A stretch of DNA of 64,000 nucleotides, taken from Camelus dromedarius. Taxonomy: Eukaryota. Under the pieces are notes generated by a model, which did not search any database, was not told the origin of the DNA, and saw only the letters and a program-made list of their open reading frames with translations. Of this stretch, positions 39,521 through 52,600 are shown one piece after another. The stretch's first letter is position 1, and each line of letters opens with the position of its first letter. The position numbers and the translations under genes are program-made. Location: contig NC_087437.1 of NCBI RefSeq assembly GCF_036321535.1, positions 29,886,001 through 29,950,000 on the forward strand. The letters run 5' to 3'.

Positions 39521-40883
39521 AGTGATGTTATCTGCCCATAATCAGTTGTTTGTAGGGCAAAAAAGATTCCATTGCCCAAGAGTCACTTCACCTGTACCCA
39601 CACGCATCCACAGACACCTGGAATGATGACAGTCTTCACATCTATGCATTTATTATTTAAATTTTTTTACCTTGAATTGAGAAATATTTCAAACATACAG
39701 AAAATTATCAGACATCAGCATGCCTGTCATCCAGGTTTACCAGGTATTAATTTTTGCTACATCGCTGTCGTCAGAGCTCTTTTTAAACAAATCCCTGATG
39801 TAATACTGCAGATACACCTAAAACCTCTCCACCACCATCCCCTTCATCCCGCTCCTTCCCAGCGTGAGTCCTGTGCTGAGCTTGGCGTCTGCCATGCTGC
39901 ACTCACACCTGCATGTGTCCACAGGCTGCCTTGCTGTTCTAAAAGCGTATGTATGTTGTATGCAGCTGTCAGAGTTGTCCTGATTTAAAAGTAATCAATA
40001 TACGCCCATTATGAAAAATTCCAACCTTTATAGAAACTTCTGGGTGAGGAAGTCAAAAGTGTTCCATAATAATCACTTGAAGAAGTCCACTCTTCACAAA
40101 AAGGTGGACCATTTTCCAGCCCATGCTGCCAGGTTGCATGGAGGGAACCAAATGCTGGCTGAGCTGCTCAACAGAAGAATGCCTTCCAGGGACGAGTGAG
40201 CGAGGGATTTATTTATCACCATACCCTGTTCTCTGGGATAGTTTTTTGTTTTTTTTTTTTTATCTTGTTAAAAAAAGAAAAGAAAGGAATCTCAACAAAT
40301 GTTACTAGGACATTAAGTGGGTTTCGACAGGGAGACCCATCGCTGTCTACACCGCAGAGCAGCTGACTGGTAGGGAGAGGAGCCGCTGGTAACTGAGCGC
40401 GCACAGGACAATCAGAGGAAGTGGACATATAAACTTCGCCGTGTGAGGAAAGGTGGCTTTTCCATTTGCCTCTTTCTGAGCAGTTTAACTTCCTAATTAC
40501 ATGATCCAAATTGTTCCCAAGACTATGTAAACCATATGTTTGTTAAATGGTGGAAACAAACACGGGAAAGTCTGATTAGCATCAGCTTCCCTCAGGAAAG
40601 GGGTCAGTTCCCAGCCCGGCTGAGCTTGCTTTGTGCTTACTGGGCACGGGTGGCTGGCGGAGGCAGGGACGCGGTTTGAAAGCGCTGCGTCTGACTGTGG
40701 CTTCTCCCCTTTACCTTCTGCTTAAGCATGTATTTTAACAGTTACCCTGCTGTATTAACCTGAGAGACAGAGTAGGGGCTGCTGACATTAGGAGAATGGA
40801 TTTCATTCAGTATTTTGCGGATTCAGAGAGGAGAAAAATACTGTTTTGAACCTTTATGAGATTAAGCATGTAGGTGTATGTGA

Positions 40884-40887
<4 letters not shown>

Positions 40888-40934
<47 letters not shown>
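40888..40934. repeat. (GT)n microsatellite
   Basis: Perfect GT run, ~23 units. Confidence 0.95.
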
Positions 40935-40936
<2 letters not shown>

Positions 40937-43194
40937 CATGAACATTCTAGCAAGAGTGAGCTCCTCCTCAGTTCTATCCCATTGGGTTTGAAGAACAGCT
41001 GAAGATAATCAACATACTTGACAACGTTCAGTGAAATCAAGTTTTTTTCTATTAAATTCATTAAAGGAGTAGAGAAGTTGTAGACATTACTTATTACATA
41101 ATGAAGCAGTTCACAGGTCTGCATAAAATCATGATGTTGGGTGACACTACTGAGTCAGTTAAAAAAAAAAAACACAGCAAACTTGTTTCCTGCGTCGTAT
41201 TTTGGATACAGAAGTCAGAACAGTGGGAACATTCAGTGTTCAGGCAGATCCAGTGACCCAGATGTGCAGATGTGTGGAAACTGGTACCTTGAGTGAACTT
41301 ACGTAGCTATAAATCAGGTAGGTGGCTGCTCTTCTTCATCCCAGCTGGACGTGTGAGAGGACAACAGGCAGGAACTGGGTCAAACGGTCACCCTCGTTCT
41401 TAATGGCGTTGTAGTTGTCATGCCTTACGAGAACAGTGAAAAAACATTCTGTTCATTTGTCTGCTTGTTCTGTCTCTAGTTACCCGCCAAAGACAAAGAT
41501 TTAATGCATCACTGAAACACACTAGCTGGTATTGTTTGTATTTAGGCAAATACTGGGGGAAACATGAACTCTGAAAATTAAGAGGAAAAAAAGACTTACC
41601 TTGTTTATTCATATTCATTTACTTTAGTTTCCTGTGAACCCTTGGTCTTGAATTCCATTGGGGTAATAGAAGTGAAAACCACTTAATGGTGAAGACTTTT
41701 TGAATATGAGTCATCTTGAGTGATGGCTCTATAGCGTGTAGATTTCTTTGCCTTTTATTTCTTTGGGAATACAGAGAATACGTATGCAGTGTCACTGCTG
41801 AGAGCACTGCCTAACTACCTCATGTGCACAACATTTGGGAGCCTGGATTTCTCTGGCTGAAGCAGAATTATTTTTAACTGGAAATAGGTAACTTTAACTT
41901 AAAGTTTAACTTTAAGTAAAACTGGTGAGTTGGATCAAGAGTAACTCGGAGGTGCAGACGGAGGACAGTAACAAAGAGGTCCTCATTCATCTGGTTTTCC
42001 CTCCTGTTCTTGATGCTGAGGTTTTGCTTTTTTTTTTTTTTTTGGTTTTATCCTGAGTCCTGGGCTATTACATCTCTGTCTGAGATATCTAGACACTGTT
42101 AAAATCTTCACCTCTGTATGGTCTGGCCACGCAGGATGGCTGTCCTCTTGCTCTCTACACGGCCCCTGCTGGACCAGTCCCTGCTTCACTTCGTCTTACT
42201 CACATGAGTGTGCTCACCTCCTGCCCCAGCTGGTAACTGATCTTGTCTTAGGCCAGAACGGCTCCACCTGCTCGTTTATTAAAGGGAAACATCTGCCCTC
42301 ATGATGGTTGTTAACCTGAGGGGCTGTGAGGGATGTGCCCCAGCTGCTGGTTTCCCAGATAAGACACGAGCCTGCCTGATGTCATTTCCCCCTATGAATA
42401 GCCCCTTCTTCTCGCCTTAGCACCAAAGACTGCTGTCGTGTCCTGCCTGCCGTCTGCAGTCCAGGCTGGAGTGTTGCTCCCGGACCCTTCTGAATGCTTG
42501 AGACCCCCTTGCCAATAAACCACTGACGTCTCTGGGCTCTCTCTTGGGGCTCGAGGCCGGGCCGCTACGAGGCTTGCAGGCCTGCGAGGTGCAGCCCAGT
42601 ACTTGCTCTGTCAAACTCTGCTTAGCTTCTGGTAAACATGGTCTTTTAAAAATATAACATTACTTGTTTGTAAAGGGTATTACCCTGCTTCCTCCTTTTA
42701 TAAAAATCTCATGGACTTTGAGCCTTATTTTGATATGAGATATATTTTATATATTCTGAATGCAGTTGTGCTGGCCTGTAGGCAGTCTGAGGAGAGCTTT
42801 GGAAATGCTCTTGCCATGAGAACTTTCAGTTAATACAGATTATTACCCTAGCAACAAATAGGCTTGACCAAAAGGCAGTATTTTGCTTTTATAGATAATA
42901 TAACTGTTTCCCGGTTTGGGGAGGTGGAGGGGGGAATCTGTCAAACTAAATTTTTAAAAAGATTATATAAAGTTTTTAAAAGAGTTACAAGGGAGTGGCT
43001 GACAGGCAGATGCCACCACTGAATTTAAAAAAAAGTCTAATAAATCTTGAGTAAAATGGCCTATTCTGAAATTCCTAGTAGAAGTGAGCACAAGGATTTT
43101 TCTTTTCTCTTAGCTCCCCTGAGATCATACATTTGCATTATTATCAAGTAAGGTAATTATCCAGTACTGTTCCTAGAATATGTTAGAATGTATT

Positions 43195-43950
43195 GCATGG
43201 TCATTCCTTTATCCAGTGGTTACTACTGAGCTCTGCCATGTTCAGCTGTGAGGGTGCAGATGCAGAATAGAGGGGAGCTGCGTCTAACCAGGGATGGGAT
43301 TTGCCAAGATGAGTATGTGTGCAAGGAGTGATTATTACTAGGTGTCAACAAATTCAAGTTGGATGATTTAGTAAGCATGAATGAGAGACATGAAGGGTTT
43401 AAGGGTGGAGAGACAGGTGGTGGAGTCCGTGGGTTGTAGGAATGGGGGTTAACGTTGTTGGGGTTGAGGTTTAGAACAGGTGAGTCAGAGAGACTGGCGG
43501 TGCTGGTTAGATGGTGGTGTTTGACGAGGATTACAGGCAGGTGGTGACGATGAGGTCAGTCACCGGAGAAGAGGGACGTCAAGGAACTGAGAGGCCAGGT
43601 AATGGAAGGATCTGCTACGTGGAAATTCAAGAAAGTAGTAGTGCTGGAGACAGTAAGCCAGCAGCTAAACTCATGAGTGAGGATAAGGCAGGATCCAGGG
43701 GTCTGGAGCTGACTGTGATGGTGGGCTGGAGACTGATGGCATCATTTCTAGCTGAGGACTGTCTGGGAGGAGGAAGCGATCATTGTCTGGAAGAAGTAAT
43801 GAGACTCAAGCAGGCAGAGAGCCTTCAGCAGAGGCTGTGTTCTCTAGGAAGAGCCAAGTTTCTGTTAAGGCAAGAAGGTTTAAAGGGAGAATTTGGAGAT
43901 GAGAATGTGGATTTAGAAGAGTTTGCTGGATTCCCTGAGCGAGGTGCATT
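43195..43950 (-). mobile_element. L2 internal fragment
   Basis: Purine-rich L2-like sequence (ggaactgagaggccagg, gacagtaagccag..gctaaa). Confidence 0.55.
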
Positions 43951-44506
43951 TCTGGAGGATGCAGTGGAAGGACTCAGCACCCAGCCGAGGGGCTCAGGGA
44001 GATGGGGCCAGATCAGGCTCACTCACAGTGCTATGGGGTGAGCGTGCCTCCAGGGGAAGGAAGAATACCCGGGGGTCTTGGGCGGAAGCAGGTGGTGAGG
44101 CTGTGCCCGTGGGAGAGAAGGGTGGGGTGGGCATCTTGCCAGAAGCACGCAGACCTCCGGGGCTCTTCTCCCCTCTTGGGTCTGGTGGTTCGGAGGCTGG
44201 GAGTGCAGCCTCATTACCCAGAGTGTGAGGAGGTTTGAGACGCCCTCTTTACCCTGCGGACAGAGGTAAGACTGGGGAAGCGTAACTGTCCCAGCGTTAC
44301 CACGATGTGTGCGTGTCTCACTTGTTATAACAATCTCAGGATGATGTAAGATGAAACCTAGAGGGTTTAATCATTGTTTTTAATACTGCTTTTATACTTA
44401 AGATACAACTTAGTGTATCACGGAAGAACAGTAATTAATAGGTTTAATTTTGGAGGGTTATATTGATTCATAATCAGATATAATTCAAAATCCAATTCCT
44501 ATTTTA

Positions 44507-44673
44507 TTTATTTTTTAAAGACTTTTTTTTGGAGGGGGGAAGGTAATTAGGTTTATTTTATTTTTACTTATTTATTATTTTATTTGTTTATTCTAACAGA
44601 GGTACTGGGAATTGAACGCAAGACCTCATGAATGCTAAGCACACACTCTACCACTGAGCTACACCCTCCCCTC
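44507..44673 (-). mobile_element. Vic-1-type tRNA-Ala SINE
   Basis: ggtaattaggtttatt...gaggtactgggaattgaac..atgctaagcacacactctaccactgagctacaccctcccc; 16-bp TSD tccaattcct(a/g)tttta at 44491 and 44674. Confidence 0.9.
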
Positions 44674-44818
44674 TCCAATTCCTGTTTTAAAATAAATCAC
44701 TCCCTCCCTGTCCTCCTTCCCTCCCTCACCACCTTCCCAAAAATGTGACTTGAAAAATGACAGTGTCACAGCCTTGACCCCTGAATTACACGTGTTCTTT
44801 CTCCCCTTCTCTTTACAG

Positions 44819-45028
44819 TGAAGAAAGTTACAATGTCAATGATTATTCTTTAAGAGATCAGCTACTGGTGGAGTACTGTGACAGTGAGGAGCTTAATTCT
44901 TCTCCAGGGAAGAACAGTTCGACGATGCTGTATTCCAGACAGAACTCTGCCATTCACCTCTTCACGCTGACGGTCCTTAGTAACCACGCGAACGAGAGAG
45001 TGGAGATGCTGCTGGGAGCTGAGACGCA
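44819..45028 (+). CDS. ARHGEF26: ARHGEF26 coding exon, PH domain
   Basis: ctttacag / gtaagt; 210 nt, phase 2-2; EESYNVNDYSLRDQLLVEYCDSEELNSSPGKNSSTMLYSRQNSAIHLFTLTVLSNHANERVEMLLGAET. Confidence 0.96.
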
Positions 45029-48000
45029 GTAAGTAATGCCAGGAGAGGTTTCAGAATCTCTGCTCTGGGGCTTCCCTACCCAGTTACCCGTGGTCCACAG
45101 ACTCCCTGAAAGCTGGAAACAGTACCTCCTACTTGGTTTTTTGTTGAATGCCTGTTACACACCAAACATAGAGTTGGGTGCTTTATACGGATGCTCGTCT
45201 TTTCCTTGTGATGCTCTCACGTCCTGAGAGGTGGACAGTGTTATTTTTGTCCCCATGAATCCTGATGGATGCATTGGACTTCAGGTAGTGTGGTTTTATG
45301 TTTAAAAGTGGCTTAAACATAATTTTATTTTAATCATTGATAAAAATATGACCCAGGAGCCCTAGGAATATGACTTACTGCTAGTTTGATTCTAGGCCAT
45401 AAGTTTTCTCAGCCATGGAGTTGAAGTCATTTTTCAGTCATCTACTGTCAACCAGACAGCAAAGAGCCCAGTGATTTCTGTCCAGAGATCCTCAGTTTGG
45501 GGAAACATGTTGGTGAATCCTCTTTCCCATCCAGCGTTTATGCAGAGGCAGAACAGTCATCGTGTCTGTACTGCAAACCAGTTAGTACGCAGTCTGTCCT
45601 CACACGCGATGAACGGAAGGGGGCTTAAATTTCAAGGCCACCCTCCCGATTTTGTTGACTTAAAGATGGTTGACCAACTTGTTTGGAAACCAGAAACCTG
45701 CTCTTAGAACACTTAACATAGGCAGGTGTTATGGTGGGTCAGAGGGTGGGCAGTGGAGGGAAAGGAGAAGTTCCCTAATTCCTGGTCCTCTGAGGCTCCT
45801 ACACCATCTCCCACCTGTGTCCCCGCGCTTCCCACAGGGTGTGATTAAAATAGATCAGCCGCTGGTCAGTAACAACTCTCAGACTGCAACAAAATCCTAG
45901 CGAAAGTCAACACGAAGAGAGGATCTTCACTTTTTTAAGAGTATTTTAACAGGGTCCCTGGATCATTGAAGAGAGACAGAAAAAAAGGCACCACATACAA
46001 CTAAATGGTCGGTTCATGTTTTTGGCCACTAGAAGTAGCTTTTCAAAGGGGTGAAGAACACCTAGAGGGCTGGTGGATAGGAAGCTATTTGAGATTTAAA
46101 AACAGCCAAAAGGGAGTATTCCAAATGCACGTGAGAGCTCACTGATGGAATGAATAAGAAAAGGAGTGTCATCCTATGTGTCTGTTTGTAAAACAAAGAA
46201 ATGCCTCTTCCTCAGGTCCCAGAATTCTTCTAGAAAGCTGACGGGAAGCCCTGCCACATTCCAAGGATGCTCCTCCTTGTTTGCCCCGGGGAGGGCACCT
46301 TAGGGGGAGGGGTGGTCTGTGCAGGAGACACACCCAGGACAGGGCTGAGGAAGGCATTTCTTCGACTCTAAAGATGATTAAACCCCTTGGCTGTGAAGAC
46401 AGATAGACTTCCTCTGTTTGGGGAAGCCGCTATTGAAAAAGAGAACTGAGTGTCTCTGAGCTTTGGATCTTAAAGGATTTTAAGGATGAAAAAGTCTTAA
46501 ACACTTTGGAGATTAGCACTTGCCCAGACATTCTAGACAATTCTCAGAAAGAGATTTTCTTTTGTCCTTGTTAGTAGGGGAGAAAGTGTTGTTGGTTTCA
46601 CTTTGTGTTTTCTTTTTCTCGGTGTTTATCAGGATTGTTTGTTCTTTAAAACATATCAGCATAACTTTTCCTGACTGTCTCATCCATGATTTATGTAATC
46701 TCTGCCGCTGGTTTCCGAGATTATTCCAGGAGAGTAGGCAGTAAACCGGCGGGTCCAGCTCTTTCTACACTGAGGCTCCATCTGTCTTCCTGGGACGTTC
46801 TGTAGCCTTTGTTCCACCCTCTTGTTTGATCTTGCGTGGACTGAATGCATGTTCATTTCCTCAGTCAGACACGTTCTCAGAATGTCTGGTTATGTCACCC
46901 ATAAACCCGTAGGGATGACTCATATTTGTCGTTCTTTAATTAATAGCAAGAGAACATTCCAGAAGGGGCAGAGGGGCAGCTGTCTCGGGTACGGAAGGAG
47001 TGACTCTGTCACTCCCCTCCCCACCACTAACTTAGTTACAGTCGGAAAGGAAATAAATGGACAAATACTTTTAAACATACAAGGCATTAAATATCACTGG
47101 TGTTGAAAGAAAATATATGACAGCCAAGATGCACTTTGCTCAAAAAAAAAAAAAACTGAGCTGTTTAAAAGTCGAGCAAATTGTTCTGTGCTGTATTTGG
47201 AAATGCGCAGGTCAGCCCTGGGCTACCTGGTTTTGAGTAATCAGTTCTGGTCCAGGTAGAATGTTTTCTTTGCTTCTGAGATTTGCAAAATGTATAGGTG
47301 ACTTTTTTAGCTTTTCTCTCTTTCATGGTTTATGTGGTTAAAATGGTCTGCTAGCAATCTAGTTGAGAACAAGGTTTTTCACCATCACTCTGGCTTTGAG
47401 TAATTGCAGAATCTCAGACCAGTGGCGTACATTCTTTGGCTACATTGTGTGAAAAAGAGTGGGGTTCAAAGCTAAATATTTACCTTGTTTGAAAACCTGT
47501 TCTTAGCAGAGGCCATGTGAGGATACACGGAATGGAAAATCAGCAGTAGGAAGAGTGCAGCTGTTGTGCACAGACATGCAGCTATCACAGGGCAGTGAAA
47601 CCGGAAGAGCAGAGCGGTAGCTCTGATCACATTAATGATGCAGAGACACTCACCAAAATGAAATGGGGCAAATGCTTTGTGAGCCTCTGGGACATGCCAG
47701 GCACTGAGCCAGCTACAGAACCTGAGGGAGGGACCCTGGGTGTGTCTCCAGGCAGAGCTTCAGAGCTTCAGCATCTGAGGAAGGTGACTGTACACCTTGG
47801 TTTCTTCGGGACCAATGTTGTATTTGTTGTTCTGTCAAAATAAGAATAGCACCTACAACTCTGACTCTCAAAAGCGTCTTGAGACAGTAATGTATGTGTA
47901 TGACCCTAATTAGAGTGTGTAGTCCATCCAGCTCCCTCGGTTTTTCCCCAGATGTGAGATGAGACTCACGAAAGTGAAGTGATTTGCCTAAAGTCACACA

Positions 48001-48689
48001 GGAAGTGAGTTACTGCCAAAGGTGGGACTAAACTTGACCCTCCTGAATCCAGTGTTCTGACAGCAAATTTTAGAGCTTCTTACCGAGAAGCTGCTAGCCA
48101 GGGGACTGTTCCACCCCTACCCTGCTGCTCAACTTGGCCTGTTCTGGCTCTGGAAGGGAAACTCCAGGAAGCCACTTGCTATTAAATGTGAGAAACTACT
48201 AAAACACGCAGTTTTGTTTTTTTTTTTTAAGTCCACAGACTAAATATCTGGGGGTGATATTTAGGGCATCATATGGTTTGGAAGATTTTATAACAGAATA
48301 GGTGAACAGATGTTGCATCCCCCGAATTATTTTCCACTTGAAACTTCCTTATTTTTTGCTCCTGTGCCTGTGTTTTTCCCACTGCCTGGAATGCCATTCT
48401 CAGAACTCCCTGAATTACCAAATGTCTCATTCTCAGAGCTCTCGCTGTCTTTCCTCTGCAAGGAAACCCCTCGGTGCTGCTCCTGGTGATCTTGCCCCTG
48501 AGAATTCCGAGTGTCTGCTGTGCGTACCACTCCTGTTAGTTCACTTTTCTCCCCACGTTTGCTGTCTCCCCCGCCCTCTGCTGCACTGCTCCGAGCCCGC
48601 CCCCCACCTCTAAGTCTCTCCTTCCCTTTACAGCTGCCCTTCTCGAGAGAGTAGCTTTCACGTCTCCCTGTTAACTCCGTGAATTCTAG

Positions 48690-49660
48690 TTGAGTACTTG
48701 TATCCTTTCAGGTGCCGTTCTAAGTGCTGGGATGTGGCAGTGGACAGACAGTAGAGACTGGGTCCCGCCCTCTGGGGGCTTCTGTTCCAGGGAAGAACTT
48801 ATGTCTGTGTGCCCAGAGTGAGCTGGGACATGGGAAAGCATTTCTTCTTCATCCAATTTTAAAAGTAAGTGCAGTGGAGACAGTAAAGCCAGGTGATGTA
48901 TTCACAGTGAACGTTAAGTCCTAGAGGTGGGGATACGTTCTCTGAATTAGCTGGGGCAGGAAGACTTCTCTGAGGTTATATTTGTACTGAGCCCTGAGTG
49001 ACTGACTGGAAGGAGTCCACCTGTGAAAAAGTGCGGGCAGTGGTCCAGGCAGAGGGCACAAGTGCTAAACTCCTAGGGAAACGAGTTCGAGGCCGTCAAA
49101 CTTGGCTTGAGCATAGTGAGAGTGCCTACGTCAGAACAAGCCAGGGAGAGGGTATGTGATGGAGGGGCTGATGGAGCCAGAGTGTTTCAGCAGAGCTACT
49201 CCAGTGTGGTCTGTGGGCTACCAGTCCTCAACCGTTACTGGCTTGGCTTGAGGGACACAGTTAAAAATATATAGCAATTTGACATTTCTGCAGCACCAAA
49301 GCATGTGACTGTTTTAACAGTCACTCATTTTTATTTTGGAGCAGGGGTAGGAAAGGGGTGAGGACCAGTTCTTCACCCCAGATATTTTGAGGAGCACAGG
49401 TTTAGAGCCTCACAGGCCAGAGTGGGGAGTTCCATGGAAGATTGGTGTGGAGGCAGGAAGTTTCAGTGGGGAAGGCAGTTAGGGTCCTGTTGCGTCAGTC
49501 CAGGGGCATCCTGATGGTGGCGTGGGCTGTGGTCTGCTGGAGGAAACATTACATTGTGGAGGCAGAGACAATAAGACCAACTTACAGATTGGATGAGTTG
49601 AGGTGGCTGTGGGTGAGAGAAAAGAATCGATGATGCTTTGGGTTTTTGGCTTGAGCAGTG
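48690..49660 (-). mobile_element. L2 fragment with a nested hAT-like insert (~49188-49400)
   Basis: gtgctgggat...ggaagacttctctgagg...ccaggcagagggcaca L2 motifs interrupted by cag..ctactccagtgtggtctgtgg...ttttgaggagcac. Confidence 0.55.
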
Positions 49661-52600
49661 GACGCCGTCCATCGAGGTCTTCCTTAACTGTCTTCAGTAT
49701 GGGCTCTTCCTCTGCCACCCAGTGGAGGGCGCTCTGTCAGAAGATGGGCAGTGGCTTCCTGGGTACCGTACCCTGCTGTCCGGTCTTCCTGTTTTTACCT
49801 CTAATGTCGTTTAATTTTCTTGGCCATCCAGCTCTCTCAGGCTAACTAACCCCCTTTGGAGATTTTATCTGTGCGCTCTTCATTTTGCTCTCACGTGGAA
49901 CCATTCCTCTTCACTGTCCCTTCAGAAATGCAGCCTGCCTAGAACCAGTCATCACCATGACCCGCTGCTTTCCCTGACACACGCATTTCTGTAAATGGTA
50001 CCCTCGGTGCTATTTCAAGTTATCCAGTCTGGAGAATTGGTGTCATTTCCAATGCTCCTGGATCTGAACAAATCCATCCTGGACTGGTTCTTCCCATAGG
50101 AAAGTCTTTTGCATCTTTCCACGTGTTTCCCTCCCCCTGCCTTCTTCCAGGACATCCCATATATCCTTTATCTTTTGAACCACCCTCATAGCCATCTAAC
50201 CTTTCTCCTCTCCAGTCAATTCTGCACCGTTTTATTACTCATCTCCACACTCAGCTCCAGTTTTGTCCTTGTCTCACTTTCTACAAAGTAGGTTCCCAAT
50301 AAGTCTTTTTGGAATTGCCTCACAGTTAATATAATTAGCTTTTCTGTATCCATGGCAAGGTAGACTAGTAGCCACATGTAGGGAAATCCTGCTTCCTGAG
50401 CCATCTCTGTTCATTGTTGTGCTGCTAGAACAAGCTTTATCTAAATTCCACTTGTTTTTCAGCCTTTCTATTAAGGATGTGGTTAAGCTTTTTCTAGGAT
50501 GTAAGTCTAAGCCATGCTGTGTTATATCTATTTGTTCGTTAAAGATCTTAAGTCATTGTATTGTTAGGGAGACAGTAGTCTGTGAAAAATACAGAAGCTC
50601 ATCCTTTAAAAAAGGACAAAGGAAGAATGTTTTACTGCTGTCACTTCTTTTCCCTCTGGCCTTTCAAGAGGACCGCTGGAGCCCAAGAGCCCCCTTTGTC
50701 TGCCTTCATTAAAATGAAGCCCAGACAGCTGCAGCTGGCACCGAGCGAGGCTGCGGCAAGTGGCGTCCTTGGCCTCCTGCGTCCGCCGTGGAATGTGGAT
50801 GGCATTTGGGTCCAGCCTGTGCAGGGGTGAGGCATCAGGACGTGTTCAGCAATGAACTGCAGACTTTCTTCGGCCATTAGATTTAGTTTTAGGATATAAT
50901 CACCTGAAACTGTAATCAAAGATCCTTTTCAAAATTTCTCTCTCCCAGAATGAACTAAAAGCCTAATGGATGTGGCTGGTCCTGTCAGCCATTCAGCGCA
51001 CCCATTCCTGGGCCTCCTGATAAAGGGGCATTGTTTGCAGGCTGTCTTTTGTGCTCTTCCTGCCTCTGTTAATGATTCAATTACCAGGAAGTAAAGAGGA
51101 TGGAATAAAATTGTAGATAATACATCTGACATACTCTTGAGACTTCATCCTTTAAGGAAAATCCACAATGTAGAGATGAAAATTTATGTGGAAAAAACGT
51201 ATTACAGGAATCTACGTCGAATACTCTACATTTGTACAGTGCCTTTAAAAAGATTTAATCTTTTGTGATCCTCGTCACTGACTCCAATAAAAGGAGGGCA
51301 GGTGATGGAGTGGTCTTTCTTCAGGGAAACAGGTAATTACCCACTTGAGGTTAATGCCAGGTTCTGGACCAGACTAGGTCTCATGAGCTGTTGGAGATGA
51401 TAAAGAAGAAACAATTGACTTAATTATGCAACGTGTCACAGAAACTCAATTCTAAAACTCTTAGTGGGCTAGGGGAACTATTTTGCTTTGGCTGGATTTT
51501 TTTAATCAGTCACTGCCGCTGGTGTTTAGCTTTCTCAGGGTTTGTCGCACAGCATCCTCCAGGACTTTTTTTTACCTTGTGGGTTTCCTTTCATGGGTCA
51601 GTTTATTGAACTGGACGTGTGAGAGAGCAAGCAAAACCCAGTGTCTCCACAATCTTAGGAAGGCTCAGAGGACTTTCTGTCCCCAGTGACCATGGGTATA
51701 GGAGTTTCAAAAGGAACCACGGGTAAATTTGCAGGCTGTGAGGAGGAGCACAGAAGGTACCTGGTCAAACGCCATTTTTAGAAGGATAAAAGGAAGGTTA
51801 AACAGCAGCTGAGATCTCTTGGCTACTATGGAAAAACCAGGGAGACCCCCTCATCGGGGAAGCCCTGGGTGGGCGTTCGTCCCCTTCAGTCTTACCCGCC
51901 GTCCTGCCTCACGGTTCCAAAGCCTGCTTTCCACTTTCTCAGTCTGTATCTATCTTTTCTAGCAGATGCCTGTAATTCAGTGAGAAGTCCGATTTGGCTG
52001 TCTCTTCGATCTGTGCGCAATTAAGTCTAAACCTCCTGTGCTTACTTACTCATTCGAGGGACGGGACAAGGTGCTATGACAGCTCGCTCCTGAGCAGGGA
52101 ACTGCAGATGCAGCATTTCCTGCCACGCACAGAGAAGGCTGCGTTTCCAGCTGTTTATGTTAAAAGGGTCTCTTCTCAACCCAGCTTCCTTTCTCTCTCA
52201 GTTGAGTGGGTTTTATGTAGAGGGTCCATCCTGCACTGCACGATGTATTGGATTTTGCGTGTGTTTTCTGCTCTGTCTGCTCCTTCACAGTGAGGGCTGT
52301 GAAGAGTAAGAGACCCCGTTGTACTCACTTGGCAACCCCAGCCTAGCACGGGGCTGCCGCAGGGACTCAGTGAACGGTGGATGAGGGAAGGCGGGTCCGG
52401 AGCGCCCTGGAAGCCGATGTGCCCCGGGTCGCCGTTAGTGCCGCCTCGCTGACTCTGTCGCTTCGTTTGGGCAGAGGGAAATCTCAGTGAACTGGGCGTC
52501 GGGTGGATGGTGAATTCGTGTTGACTGTCTCATACTGTCCCTGAAGAAAATAGCTGGCTTCGCGTGAGCCCTGGGCTTGATACCTAAGTTTAATAATGGG

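Noticed and set aside
43511..44041. Longest ORF in the track (176 aa)
   Set aside because: Lies mostly in purine-rich L2-like sequence, with no recognisable domain or exon structure
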